Shown here one piece after another: positions 1-11,060 of a stretch of DNA of 64,000 nucleotides. Made by a program: the position numbers and the translations under genes. Under the pieces are notes generated by a model that saw only the letters and a list, made by a program, of their open reading frames with translations, was not told the origin of the DNA and did no database searches. Within the stretch, counting starts at the first letter, position 1, and each line of letters begins with the position of its first letter. Source of the stretch: Heterodontus francisci. Lineage: Eukaryota. Where the stretch lies: the NCBI RefSeq assembly GCF_036365525.1, contig NC_090378.1:124419593-124483592 (forward strand), in the 5' to 3' direction.

Positions 1-380
1 CGTCACAGTTTGATAGAATTAGGTGGCTTGCTAAGCCTCTTCAGAGGGCAGTTAAGGGTCAACCATGCATGGGCCAGGCCAGGTAAGGATATCAGGTTTC
101 CTTTCTTAAAGAACATGAATGAACAATTGGGTTTTTACTCTGGTCCAACAGTTAAACAGCTATTGAGTTACCACTGCAAAACATTGACAAACGTCATTCT
201 TCCTTCATTGTTGGGTCTGAATCTTGGAATTCCCCACCTAATACAAATGGGGAAACACCATCATCAAAAAAACAGCAGCGGCTCAATGATAGGGCCTGTC
301 CCACCACCTTCTCAGGGCAATGAGGGATGAACAATAAATGACAGCTTTACCAGTGATGCTTGTATCCAGAGAATTTTTTA
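1..380 (+). mobile_element. Degenerate Deu-domain SINE / CR1-like 3' tail fragments
   Basis: ggccaggccaggtaagga...tttcctttcttaaagaacat...gggtttttac resembles the Deu core. The segment ccaccttctcagggcaatgagggatgaacaataaatg matches the LINE tail at 17980-18060 in this window. Confidence 0.5.
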
Positions 381-1079
381 AAACTCTGACTGGAATATCA
401 TTCCACAGGCACTGGGAATCCTCACCTAATGAGGCCTTCTGCTTGGTGGAATCTGGACAGTGGGAGTTGACAGGATTTTTAATCATGAGAGAATCACAGC
501 CATGAAGGCTGATCCTGTCTTCAACTTTTTTCTGGTCTCCACTTTTCACCAGAAAAGGTGGTGGGGAGGGTGTCACTGATTAGCACATTAGGTGCTGAGG
601 ACCCCATTGAATCTTCCTGCTTCATCGTCAAGGTGCTCTGCAGCCAACTGAAAAAAGATGGTTCTCGATTTCAGTAAAATAAAATGTTTAATGCATTGTT
701 GAATAATCAATTTGAATTACAATGAAGAAACCAGAATAATGCTGATAAATTCTGAATTATTTTTAGTTAAATCCACAATCAACTCCAGATTTTTACCTAT
801 GACACAATATATCTTTTCGAGGGATTAGCTGACATGAGCCACTAAACTGGAGGAGGCTTTATGCTTTCATTAGGTGCTGACAAATAGCTTGTTACTGAGT
901 AATGTGAAGCTAAATGACTCCAAGTTGGATCCTGCTGAGTGCAGTTGGGTTAGTTCAATTATAAGAATCTGGATTTTCCCAGCTTTTTGTGAAATCAGAA
1001 GAAAATATAAATCTGCTGGCAGAGGTTTATGTATCTTTTGGGATAGATTTATCAAATTGAGACAATTTTCACCCCTCAC

Positions 1080-1158
1080 CTCGATCTTGTGAAATGGTCT
1101 GTGTGAACTGAGAATTCTCTGGAGGTTCTGTTTCCAGGGTCTGATTGGATGAGGCTCT
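1080..1158 (-). CDS. Putative internal exon C of an unidentified Ser-rich gene (RASSNQTLETEPPENSQFTQTISQDR)
   Basis: Acceptor ttattttgcag, donor gag|gtgagg, 79 bp, open frame, phase 0 to 1, compatible with exon 2509-2832. Confidence 0.3.
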
Positions 1159-1239
1159 CTGCAAAATAACAGGTGTCCTATCTTGGTCAGTAACATGAAG
1201 AAATAGAAAATTAATTACATTTCATGAATATATTTTATA

Positions 1240-1590
1240 AAAAGTGCAAAACCTTTCCAAAAGGCAAGGTTCGCAAGTGTTCTGTCTCAGCAACCTCTTC
1301 TCAAAGTATGTGAGACAAGGCTTCAATATCATCATCTTCAAATTTGGATACTAACCAGGAATAGCGTAAGAAATCACAGCTTGTCTCTGGACTAGGATCA
1401 TTTAAATTACCAGCGGCTTCTCCACTACGTAAAGACAATTTTTCCCTCACCAATTCTATCTGTCTGATTTCACTGTCTTTTTGTGCTTGTAATTCCTTCT
1501 CAAACTTTTCCCTCTGGAAAGCACTCTCTCTCTCCCTCTCCTCTCATTCCTCCTTTCTCACCTGAAATTCGAACTCAAAGCTGTGGTTGT
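1240..1590 (-). mobile_element. Possible decayed Gypsy-type gag relic
   Basis: The minus strand gives a charged coiled coil (RAFQREKFEKELQAQK) followed by LVSKFEDDDIEA, reminiscent of vertebrate Gypsy gag N-termini. It is interrupted. Confidence 0.3.
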
Positions 1591-2508
1591 TCTCCTTACA
1601 GCAGAGAAGGTGATGTGAAGATTTGATACAGGCTGTAAAGGCTGATTAGATCAGTAATAAGATGAAAATTCTGACCATTCGTTGCCTTTATACACCCACT
1701 CTGCTGTATTAAAAATTCCCATTTCATATCTTGCAATGGACTGATTCCATGTTTTCAATCAAAGAGGCTTGAAATAATTTTTCCCAACATAAAATATACG
1801 AGTGGGTCATTAAGTTATATGGCCAGCGTGTTACCCATGTGACCAATATTGTTTAGATTTGAATAGTCATTTTTGAATCAGTCACATGGTGACAATTCTA
1901 TTTTGGACTGTACCTTTCTCCACTCCTATTTTTCATTTGCTCTCTTCCCATCTTTGAAACTTCACGTGAGCCAAGGCCAAGGAAGAAAAACTGTTCAAGG
2001 ACTCTGCTATTATTACTCAATTAACTAACAGGAGGTGCCTGTGGTTAGCTACACACTAATTGTAGAACCCAGCGTTCAATCTGTACCTGCTTGGGACATT
2101 GTTGCAATCAGGTACAAGGATGGGGAGAAATCAGAAATTAATAGATTTCAGCTCATTCCCTGAATAAGGGTATGAGTGTGCCACACCTTGGTGTGGCCTG
2201 TACATTTAATGAGTAATGTCAGCAAAACTCAAACAGTATTGCAACATTCCAAAAGAAAGTTGAAATGATGGCCAAAATACTCAAGAGACAGAAAAGATAT
2301 CAACAATGTGGAAATTAGACATTGCGAATTAGCACTAATAGCAGCCACACCGCCATCTTCAATATGACTAGATGGCAACAAATGGTCTGAGGTAATTTTT
2401 TTCTTAAATACAAGAGGAACTTTTTTTAAATGTCTGTGAATATATTGACCGAAGCAACAGCCATTGAGCAGCATGAACATGACTAATAGAAACAATCCAT
2501 GTACTTAC

Positions 2509-2832
2509 CAAAGTGCTTTGGTGCAGATCGTCATCCTCTTGCCTGATTCCGATGTTATCGTGGCCATTCTTCTGCCTGCACCCAGGAAATGCCACTTTTG
2601 AAATGCAGGCAGTCACTGAGGCAGAACACTTGAGAGCCCAATTGCCGGAAGTTGTTCTAACAGAACACTTCTGAATCCAACTGCAGACGGCTGCGAAGAT
2701 GGAACGCCTGGGAACCTTGGGAGTGTGGGACGATGATGATGATGATGACGACACACTACTCAGCGAGGATGATACTCTCGAGGAGACAGTGTCCACAGGG
2801 CGAATGGGTGAATGAGACGATAATTCAGATGA
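2509..2832 (-). CDS. Putative internal exon B, Ser-rich, 108 codons
   Basis: Acceptor tttctgcag, strong donor ttg|gtaagt, 324 bp, phase 0-0, lies within ORF 2404..2865. No recognisable domain. Confidence 0.35.
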
Positions 2833-4240
2833 CTGCAGAAATTTGTTTTTGATAAAGTGTGTCAATGATTATATCTCAGAAAGTTCCCTCTTCCCAGTTA
2901 CATCTATTGTGCCATGAAACTCCCTGGCACTTACCACACCCCACCCCGCAAAAAAAATGGAGGCATTGTGGATACAACAGCTTGGTCTTGAGAAGGGGAA
3001 GTAATGCATGATTCCATGATAGTTAAACTGTGAAATCTTTCCATTGGTTTTCCTCCCTCGCTCAGCCAAAATCTGCTCCGAAGAATGATGCCGCCATCTC
3101 ACATCCACTGGTTGATAAGCCAACATTGACAGTTCATCATTTAGCACGTTTGTAAATTACCCAGTTAGATTGTTAGCACATGGCATGCACAAATTCATCA
3201 CGGCCATTACATTTGAATACTTATGCTACTGTTTTAACTCTAAGTTATCAAATAATCCCTTTGCTTTTCAGTTGAACACTCAGTATTTGAACACTCCTAT
3301 ATCTATGCAGATATTTACTTGCCTGCCTCACCCAGTTACTCATTGTAACTTTGCAGCATCCACCTATATAGGATGAAGTTAAAACATATCCTGTGGTGCT
3401 GCTCGGCTTGAACAAGTCAAGAAAGAGCATGAGTGCAAAAAAGTATTGGTGAGCTTGCCTGAATGAGAAAGCCAGCCAGCGCACATGCAGGCAAGAGCTC
3501 GAGAGACAGAAAGAGACAGCAAGAACTAGAAATAGAGAGAGTTAGAAGTAAGGAAATTAGGAGTCAAATCACTCAGTTCATTCTAATGCAGCTCTTACCA
3601 GGTGAGTGCAGAATATTGGTAATGAAGAAGCAATAAAGGCACTGAAGAGGGGGTGTATAAGGACCAAAAGAGGAGAATCCATAAATAGGGAGGGTATTTT
3701 AAAGCAGAAATAGGACCCTAAAGATGCAGAACAGATATAATAATGGTTAACTGAACTGCTAAAAGACTGAATTGCTGAAATTTCCAGGGAACAGGTGAGA
3801 GACACTTTCTACTAAAACCAATGATACCAGCTTACTGATAAACTTCCAGGAAACACCACCCTTCTGTAGAGAAGATGCTAAATAGCAACTAAAGGTCAAC
3901 TATAGAAAAAACAAAGCCTGCATTCAAGAGGGAATCTGGTGTGCATGCAGGGAGGTGTATTACGTTGTTGCGATTTGGGCAGCAGTTTACTAGATTTGAT
4001 CCCAAAATACCGTTTTTGATGGACTATGCACTTTAAGCTGCTACAGTCACAGCCCAGGTGCTAACTTTATGGTCAACCATGAAGTCATTAATGATCTTAA
4101 AAGAATTAAAATTAAAGATTTTGGTTATTAGTGTGACAATATGTTTTAACACGCAAAGCTTCCTTCGAACATATTTAAAGGATATAAAATATTACACAAA
4201 ACAAGCCAAGCTTGTATTTCACATAAATCAAATCACTGAC

Positions 4241-4323
4241 CCAGTCCATGTTCTCCCCCGAGCTCCCGCTCTGAGGGGATTTCGGCTGGTCACTGCTCTT
4301 GCTTGGAGTGCTGTCTGTGACAT
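4241..4323 (-). CDS. Putative internal exon A (DVTDSTPSKSSDQPKSPQSGSSGENMDW)
   Basis: cag acceptor, donor tgg|gtcagt, 83 bp, phase 1 to 0, in frame with exon B. GC-richer than its flanks. Confidence 0.25.
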
Positions 4324-4927
4324 CTGTCCCGTGAAATAGCCGACATGAGGGAAAGGGATTCATCAGCAAAAACACTGAAAGAATACTAAAGTTGCTACGC
4401 TGTACAGAAAGAGTTTACTGCTGATTCAGGTAGCACTTGGTAGTTGGTCACTCAACAATGGCCCGATATAATGAATAGTTTTTGCAATTTATTAGAATCA
4501 CCTGCTCGATTCCATCCTGGGCCTGTAATGCAACTTATTGAAATAAAAACAGAAAATGCTGAAAATACTCAGGAAGTCTGGCAGCATCTCTGGAGAGAGA
4601 AACTGAGTTAGTGTTTCATGTCTGTGATCTTTCATTAGATCCCATTTATATTTTGATCACAAAGAATTACATTTGAAAAAGGTTCTGTCAGAGGTAGTAA
4701 CAGTAATAATAACTTTATTTATCTCGCTTTTATCAACATCATAAAATTGTCCAAGATGCATCACAGGAGTGTCAGGCCATAAATTTTGTCAGCCGGTCAC
4801 ATGAAGATAAGGTATATTTTTATGTTAACAGCATTTTGGAATCTGGCAATGCTTTTGTATAGAACTGTCTGCATTAAGGCAGTAAAGTTTCAATGTACAG
4901 GTATTTGATTTCTGTGCCTGATTGAAG

Positions 4928-5365
4928 TAAAGACCTGCTCAGGTTAGGGAAAAAGAACCCAACCCAAACCAGACCGAACCACAGTGGACCCGAGCCCGAC
5001 CCGGCCTGAGTCCCTCCGATTTTGCCCCAAGCCCGACCCGAGCCCGACTCGACTATCCCTTTACTTACCTTCCGACTCGGAACGTCCAGGAAGCTGCAGC
5101 ATGTGTGTGATGGCATCATAGAGACGTCACTCACTAACTGCACACACTCAGTTTCCCTGCTTGACGTCCCGCACTCCCAGCTCAGGTACGTTTTATTTAA
5201 TTTTAATACTGACCAGCAGAGCAATAACCATCTGTGTCCGGCCTGACCCGGACCCGGACCCGAACCCGGCCCGACCTGAGCCCGAAAGCCGGACCTGGAA
5301 GAGGGGCCCAACCCGACCTGAACCCAACACATGTCGTCGGGTCCCGGTCGGGTCACAGGCCTTTA
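4928..5365. mobile_element. Non-autonomous hAT-type DNA transposon (MITE), 438 bp
   Basis: Terminal inverted repeats TAAAGACCTG / CAGGCCTTTA (9/10). Flanking 8-bp duplication gattgaag (4920-4927) / cattgaag (5366-5373). Many subterminal acccga/cccgac motifs. Confidence 0.75.
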
Positions 5366-8300
5366 CATTGAAGTCCAAATCATTGATATATCCTGCAAAA
5401 AGCAAGGGACCTGGTACTGAACCCTGCAGAACCCATTTGGAAACAGTCTTCCAGTCACAAAAACACCCATCAACCATTATCCTTTGTTTCCTGCCTCTGA
5501 GCCAATTTTGAATCCATCTTGTCACTTTGCCTTGGTCCCCTGGGCTTTTTCTTTCATGACCAGTCTGTCATCTGGGACTTTATCATAAACCTAGGTATAA
5601 TCCATATAGACTACATCAAATGCACTACCCTCATCGACCCTCCTTGTTTCCTCTTCAAAAAATTCAATCACGTTAGTCAGACACAACCTTCCCTTAACAA
5701 ATCCATGCTGAATATCTTTGACTAATCCATGTATGACTAAATGAAGATTTATCCTGTCCCTCAGAGCTTTTTCCAATATTTTTCCCACCACCGGAGGTAG
5801 GCTGACTGGCCTATAATTACTCGGTCTATTCCTTTCTCCCGTTTTAAACAATGGGACAATGTGAACTGTCCTCCAGTCCTCTGGCACCACACCTGTAGAC
5901 AGAGAATATTGGAAAATGATGGTCAGAGCCTCTGCTGTTTCTTCTCTTGCTTCATTTAACAGCCTAGGATGCATTTCATCTGGGCTTGGTGATTTAACCA
6001 CTTTCAAACATGTTAAATCCCTTAATATCTCATCTCATTATATTAGTTTTATCTAACATTGCACACTCCTCCTCCCTGATTGCAATTTCTGTATCATCCC
6101 TCTCTTTAGTGAAAACAAATGCGAATCCTCCTCCTTCATCCACAGGTTACCCTGGTGGACCCAAATAGGCTCTACTCTTTCTTTCATTATAATCCTGCCT
6201 TTCTGTATTTATAAAACAACCTTTAGTTTTCTTGATTTTACTTGACTTGCCAATTTTTTTCATGCCCTATCTTTGCTTTCCTAATTTCCTTTTTAATTTC
6301 ACCCCTACACTTTTTATACTCCTCTCGATTTTCTGCCTTGGTATCTGTCATTAATCTTCCTGTTTTACTTTATCCTCTCCTTTCAGCCCCTTGACATCCA
6401 CAAGACTCTGGATTTGTTAGTCCCACCCTTTTTCTTTAAGGGAACATATTTCTTTAAGGGCGGCACAGTGGCGCAGTGGTTAGCACCGCAGCCTCACAGC
6501 TCCAGGGACCTGGGTTCGATTCTGGGTACTGCCTGTGCGGAGTTTGCAAGTTCTCCCTGTGTCAGCGTGGGTTTCCTCCGGGTGCTCCGGTTTCCTCCCA
6601 CATGCCAAAGACTTGCAGGTTGATAGGTTAATTGGCCATTATAAATTGCCCCTAGTATAGGTAGGTGGTAGGGAAATATATAGGGACAGGTGGGGATGTG
6701 GTAGGAATATGGGATTAGTGTAGGATTAGTATAAATGGGTGGTTGATGGTCGGCACAGACTTGGTGGGCCGAAGGGCCTGTTTCAGTGCTGTATCTCTCT
6801 CTAAACTAAACTTGCTCTGAACCCTCACTATCTCTTCCTTGAATGCCTCCCACTGATCCAGCACTGATTTACTTTCAAGTAACTGTTTCCAATCCCATAT
6901 AGCTAAATCACATTTCAGCTTAGTAAAATTAGCTTTCCCCAGTTGAGAACTTTTATTCCTGGTCTGTCTTTGTCCTTTTCCATAACTATTCTAAATCAAA
7001 CTGAATTATGATCACTTCCATCAAAGTGCGCCCCGTCCGATCCCCCTTCCACCTGCCCAGCTTCATTCCCTAAAATTTTGTCCAGTCTCACAATCCCTCT
7101 TTTTGGACTTGATACATACTGGATAACAATGTTCTCCTCAATGCATTTGAAGAATTCTGTGACCACTGAGTCTTTCACATAAACTCTACCCCAGTTAATA
7201 TTGGGGCAGTTGAAATCCCCCACTGTTTAATTGTTTTTGCAGTTCTGAAATTTGTCCACATATTTGCTCTTCTCTCTCCTAACAGTTTCAGGGTCTATAG
7301 CACACTCCCAGTAGTGTGATTGCCCCTGTTTTGTTCTTCAGTTCAACCCATATGGCAACATTTGTTTATCCTTCTACCATATCTTCTCTCCTCACAGCTA
7401 TAATTGTTTCTTTAATCAATATTGCAACTCACCCCCTCCTGAGATATCCCCATCTCTGTCTCGTCTGAAAACCCTGTAACTAGGAATGTTGAGCTGCCAT
7501 TCCTGCCCTTCTTTCAGCCATGTCTCAGTAATCGCTATAATATCATACTGCCATGTGTCAATCTGTGCTGTCAGCTCATCTGCCTTATTTCCTCAACTTG
7601 TATTGAAGGATATATTATTTAGCTCTGTCAAACTCCCTTGTTTATTTTCTAACCTTCGTTTTCTCTGCCTTCCAAAGACGCTGACTAATTTACTGCCTTC
7701 CATTTCGAACTTTTCTTCTCTCTCTTCTGAATCTACTCTCAGGTTCCCATCCCTGTGCTCAGCTAGTTTAAACTCTCCCCAACAGCACGAGTAAAACTCA
7801 CTGCGAGGATATTGGTCCCGGCCCTGTTGATTTGCAAACAGTCCGTCTTGTACAGGTCCCACCTCCTCCAGAAGCAGTCCCAAAGCCTCAGGAATCTAAA
7901 GCCCTCCCTCCTGCATAATCTCTCCAGCTCTATGTATTCATCAGTTCTATCTTCCTATTTCTGTAATCACTAATACGTGGCACTGGGAGTAATCTGGAGA
8001 TTAATACTTTTGAGGTTCTGCTTTTCAATCTCCCTCCAAGCTGCCTAAATTCTGCTTCAGAACCTCATCCCTCCTTCTGCCTCTGTCATTGGTGCCAATA
8101 TGGACCACGACCTCTGGCTGTTCACTCTCCCCCGTCAGAATGTCCTGCAGTCGCTCAGTGATATCCTTGTCCCTGGCACCAGGGAGGCAACATACCATCA
8201 TGGAGACACCTCTGCAGTCACAGAAGTGCCTGTCTATTCTCCTCACTATCGAATCCCCTCCCACTATTGCTCTTCCACTCTTCTTCCTCCCTCCCTGTAC

Positions 8301-8730
8301 AGCTGAGTCACCCATGGTGCTGTGGACTTGGCTCTGCCTGCACTCCCCAGTGGAACCATCACTCTGACCAGTATTCAGAACTGAATACCAGTTGGAGAGT
8401 GAGATGCACTCATGGGATCACTGTCCTGCATGCCTGGTCCTCCTTGTTCTTCTGGCCCTCACCCATTCCCCCTCTGCCAGCACATTTTTAAACTGTAGGG
8501 TGACCACCTCCAGAAAGCTCTCAGCCTCGTGGATGCTGCATAGTGACTCCAGTCAGTGCTCAAACTCCGAAACCCAGAGCTCGAGCTGCTGTAACCGGTG
8601 ACACTTCCTGTACATGTGGTCATCCAGGTCATGAGAAGTGTCCAGGATTTCCCACATGACACAGGATGTGTATTCCACAGGGCTGAGGTTCCCTGCCATG
8701 TTTTACTTTCTAGACTATTATCTAGAAACA
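5366..8730 (-). mobile_element. Decayed CR1 LINE (ORF1 plus ORF2 as far as RT), 3'-truncated and interrupted by a SINE
   Basis: RT motifs (WIQNWLRGRKQR, LQGSVPGPLLF..YINDL; NYRPVSL, QHGFVKGRLCLTN), endonuclease motif GDFN (6996-7223), ORF1 SGNH esterase GDSIVR...VHIGTND (8025-8315), and a Cys-rich ORF1 N-terminus near 8700. Frameshifted. Confidence 0.9.
6458..6811 (+). mobile_element. tRNA-derived V-SINE (shark HE1-like)
   Basis: A box tggcgcagtgg, B box ggttcgattc, V-domain-like gtgggtttcctccgggtgctccggtttcctccca, CR1-type tail gggccgaagggcctgtttcagtgctgt and terminal ctaaa repeats. Confidence 0.85.
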
Positions 8731-9378
8731 CTTAGAGCTGATCACCAGGTCTCGCTGTCTCCCGCTCCATCACTCTACTGCTCCGTGTTTTGTCAAAGAT
8801 CAGAATAGAATCTCTTCAGTCATTGCACTGAATTCCCTCAATCCCCAATTCTCCGAGTTAGGTATCTTTTGAAGCAGTACTCCATCAAGCTGGACTTGGT
8901 GCTGGGCTGCTGGGTGAGCCTGCAAGCCCCTTTGAGCACTGGCATCCACAGCCATGATGGCAGCAGTCTGAGCCTGTGTGGCAGCAAGCTCAGATTACAA
9001 TACCACAGTCTGAGCTTCGACTGGAGCACTCAGACATTGGGGTGGCCTCTACTTGTACTGCAATTCACTCATCCATGTCTCTGATACTCTGGAAATGTTA
9101 ATCTGCTCACTTGTGTTTATATTATTCAAATCATCAGAGGAATTTGTAACAGCAATATAATCATGGAGCTTCAGAGGGCAATGTAACCATTGGAACAGGA
9201 TGATTTGAAGGGATAGAGAGGAATAAAGAGCCTTTGCTGGCTCCATGTGGTTATTCTGATATCACTTTTATGTATCTTTGATGTCCTCTGATTCAGTGGC
9301 AGTATGAATGGAATGTAGATGTAGATAAAGTAGAATTAAGATAAGACTTGTGAGTGAAACACTGCATGTTGTATTCAT

Positions 9379-9681
9379 ACTGGATTGTGAAGTGTGATGT
9401 TCCTGAGTACACAGACTGGATTGTGAAGTGTGATGTATCTGAGTACACAGACTGGATTGTGAAGTGTTATGTACCTGAGTACACAGACTGGACTGTGAAG
9501 TGTGATGTACCTGAGTACACAGACTGGACTGTGAAGTGTGATGTACCTGAGTACACAGTCTGGACTGTGAAGTGTGATGTACCTGAGTACACAGACTGGA
9601 CTGTGAAGTGTGATGTACCTGAGTACACAGACTGGACTGTGAAGTGTGATGTACCTGAGTACACAGACTCAACTGTGAAGT
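9379..9681. repeat. 36-bp minisatellite, left part (~8 units)
   Basis: Unit GTACCTGAGTACACAGACTGGA(T/C)TGTGAAGTGTGAT. Confidence 0.95.
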
Positions 9682-11060
9682 ACCAAAACATGGGAGGAGC
9701 GAGTAGCCAAGGTACGACAAAAGTTGGGCATGTGGGGGCAGCGATCTCTCTCCATTGTGGGTAAGAACCTGGTCATCAGGTGCGAGGCGCTCACGTTGTT
9801 GCTCTACGTGGCGCAGGTCTGGCCCATATCCCACTCCTGCGCCGTGGCAGTCACCCGAGCCATTTTCCGCTTCGTCTGGGGATCTAAAATGGACCGGGTC
9901 CGGAGGGACACGATGTTCAAATCTCTGGACATGGGCGGGAAAAATGTACCCAACGTGGCCCTCATCCTGATGACCACCTTCGTGTGCGGCTGCATCAAGC
10001 TATGTGTAGATCCCCAGTACGCAAACTCCAAGTGTCACTACGTGCTGAGGTTCTATCTGTCCCCGGTGTTGCGAAGGATGGGCCTGGTCACATTGCCGCG
10101 GAACGCACCATGCAGTTGGGCGGCGCCGTACCACCTATCCTTCGTGGAGCAGTTTCTGCGGAAAAACATCTTTGACCACCGGTCCATCAGGCAGTGGTCT
10201 GCACGGAATGTCCTCAAGGCCCTACGGGAAAAGGAAACGGTGGATCCTGTCGGATGGTTCCCCGAGCAGACCGTCAAAGTCATTTGGCGGAATGCCTCAT
10301 CACCAGAACTTTCAAACAAGCACCAAGACGTAGCTTGGCTGGTGGTGAGAAGGGCCCTCCCCGTCAGATCCTTCATGCACACCCGAAGTCTCGCCCCCTC
10401 CGCACAGTGCCCCCGCGTTGGCTGTGGTGGGGAAGAGACGGTCGCCCACCTCCTCCTGGAATGTGCCTTTGCAAAGCAGGTGTGGAAAGAGATGCAGTGG
10501 TTTTTGTCAAGGTTCATCCCAAGCAGCTCTGTAACACAGGAGTCTGTGCTCTACGGGCTGTTCCCAGGGACGCACACCGAGACAAACATCAACTGCTGCT
10601 GGAGGACTATCAATTCGGTGAAAGACGCCCTTTGGTCTGCCCGAAACTTGCTGGTCTTCCAGCGCAAAGAGTTGTCCACCACCGAATGTTGCAGACTGGC
10701 ACATTCCAAGGTCCAGGACTACGTGCTGAGGGACGCACTAAAGCTTGGGGCAGCCGCAGCAAAGGCTCAATGGGGAAAGACCACAGTGTAAGGTTCCCCC
10801 ACCAAGCTGGACTGAGGGGCTGGATCCATGGGAAACCCCTCGAACTGTATCGTTAATATTCTCAATTGCTGTAAATGTAAAACTGTAATTGACATGACAA
10901 TTGTGAAACGGAGGGGTTGGGAAGAAACTCATGACAGTATTGAAGGAAACTGATCTCCCTTGCAATGTTTGTATTTTTTGGTGCAGTTTGGAAACTGTTT
11001 GGCAATGTAATTTTTACAGATTTTTATGAATAAAGTATATTTTGGAAATAAAAAAAAAAA
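9682..11060 (+). mobile_element. 5'-truncated Tx1-clade (L1-like) non-LTR retrotransposon: ORF2 C-terminus, 3' UTR and poly(A)
   Basis: Uninterrupted frame TWEERVAKVRQKLGMWGQRSLSIVGKNLVI ending at stop 10791. zf-RVT knuckle CPRVGCGGEETVAHLLLEC. AATAAA near 11028 and an A tail ending at 11060. The satellite resumes directly afterwards. Confidence 0.9.

Noticed and set aside
6458-6530. tRNA gene
   Set aside because: The A/B boxes belong to a SINE head that continues into a V-domain and LINE-derived tail.
9724-10791. Host gene of 355 aa
   Set aside because: It is the C-terminal part of a truncated retrotransposon ORF2 with a poly(A) tail and no true start.
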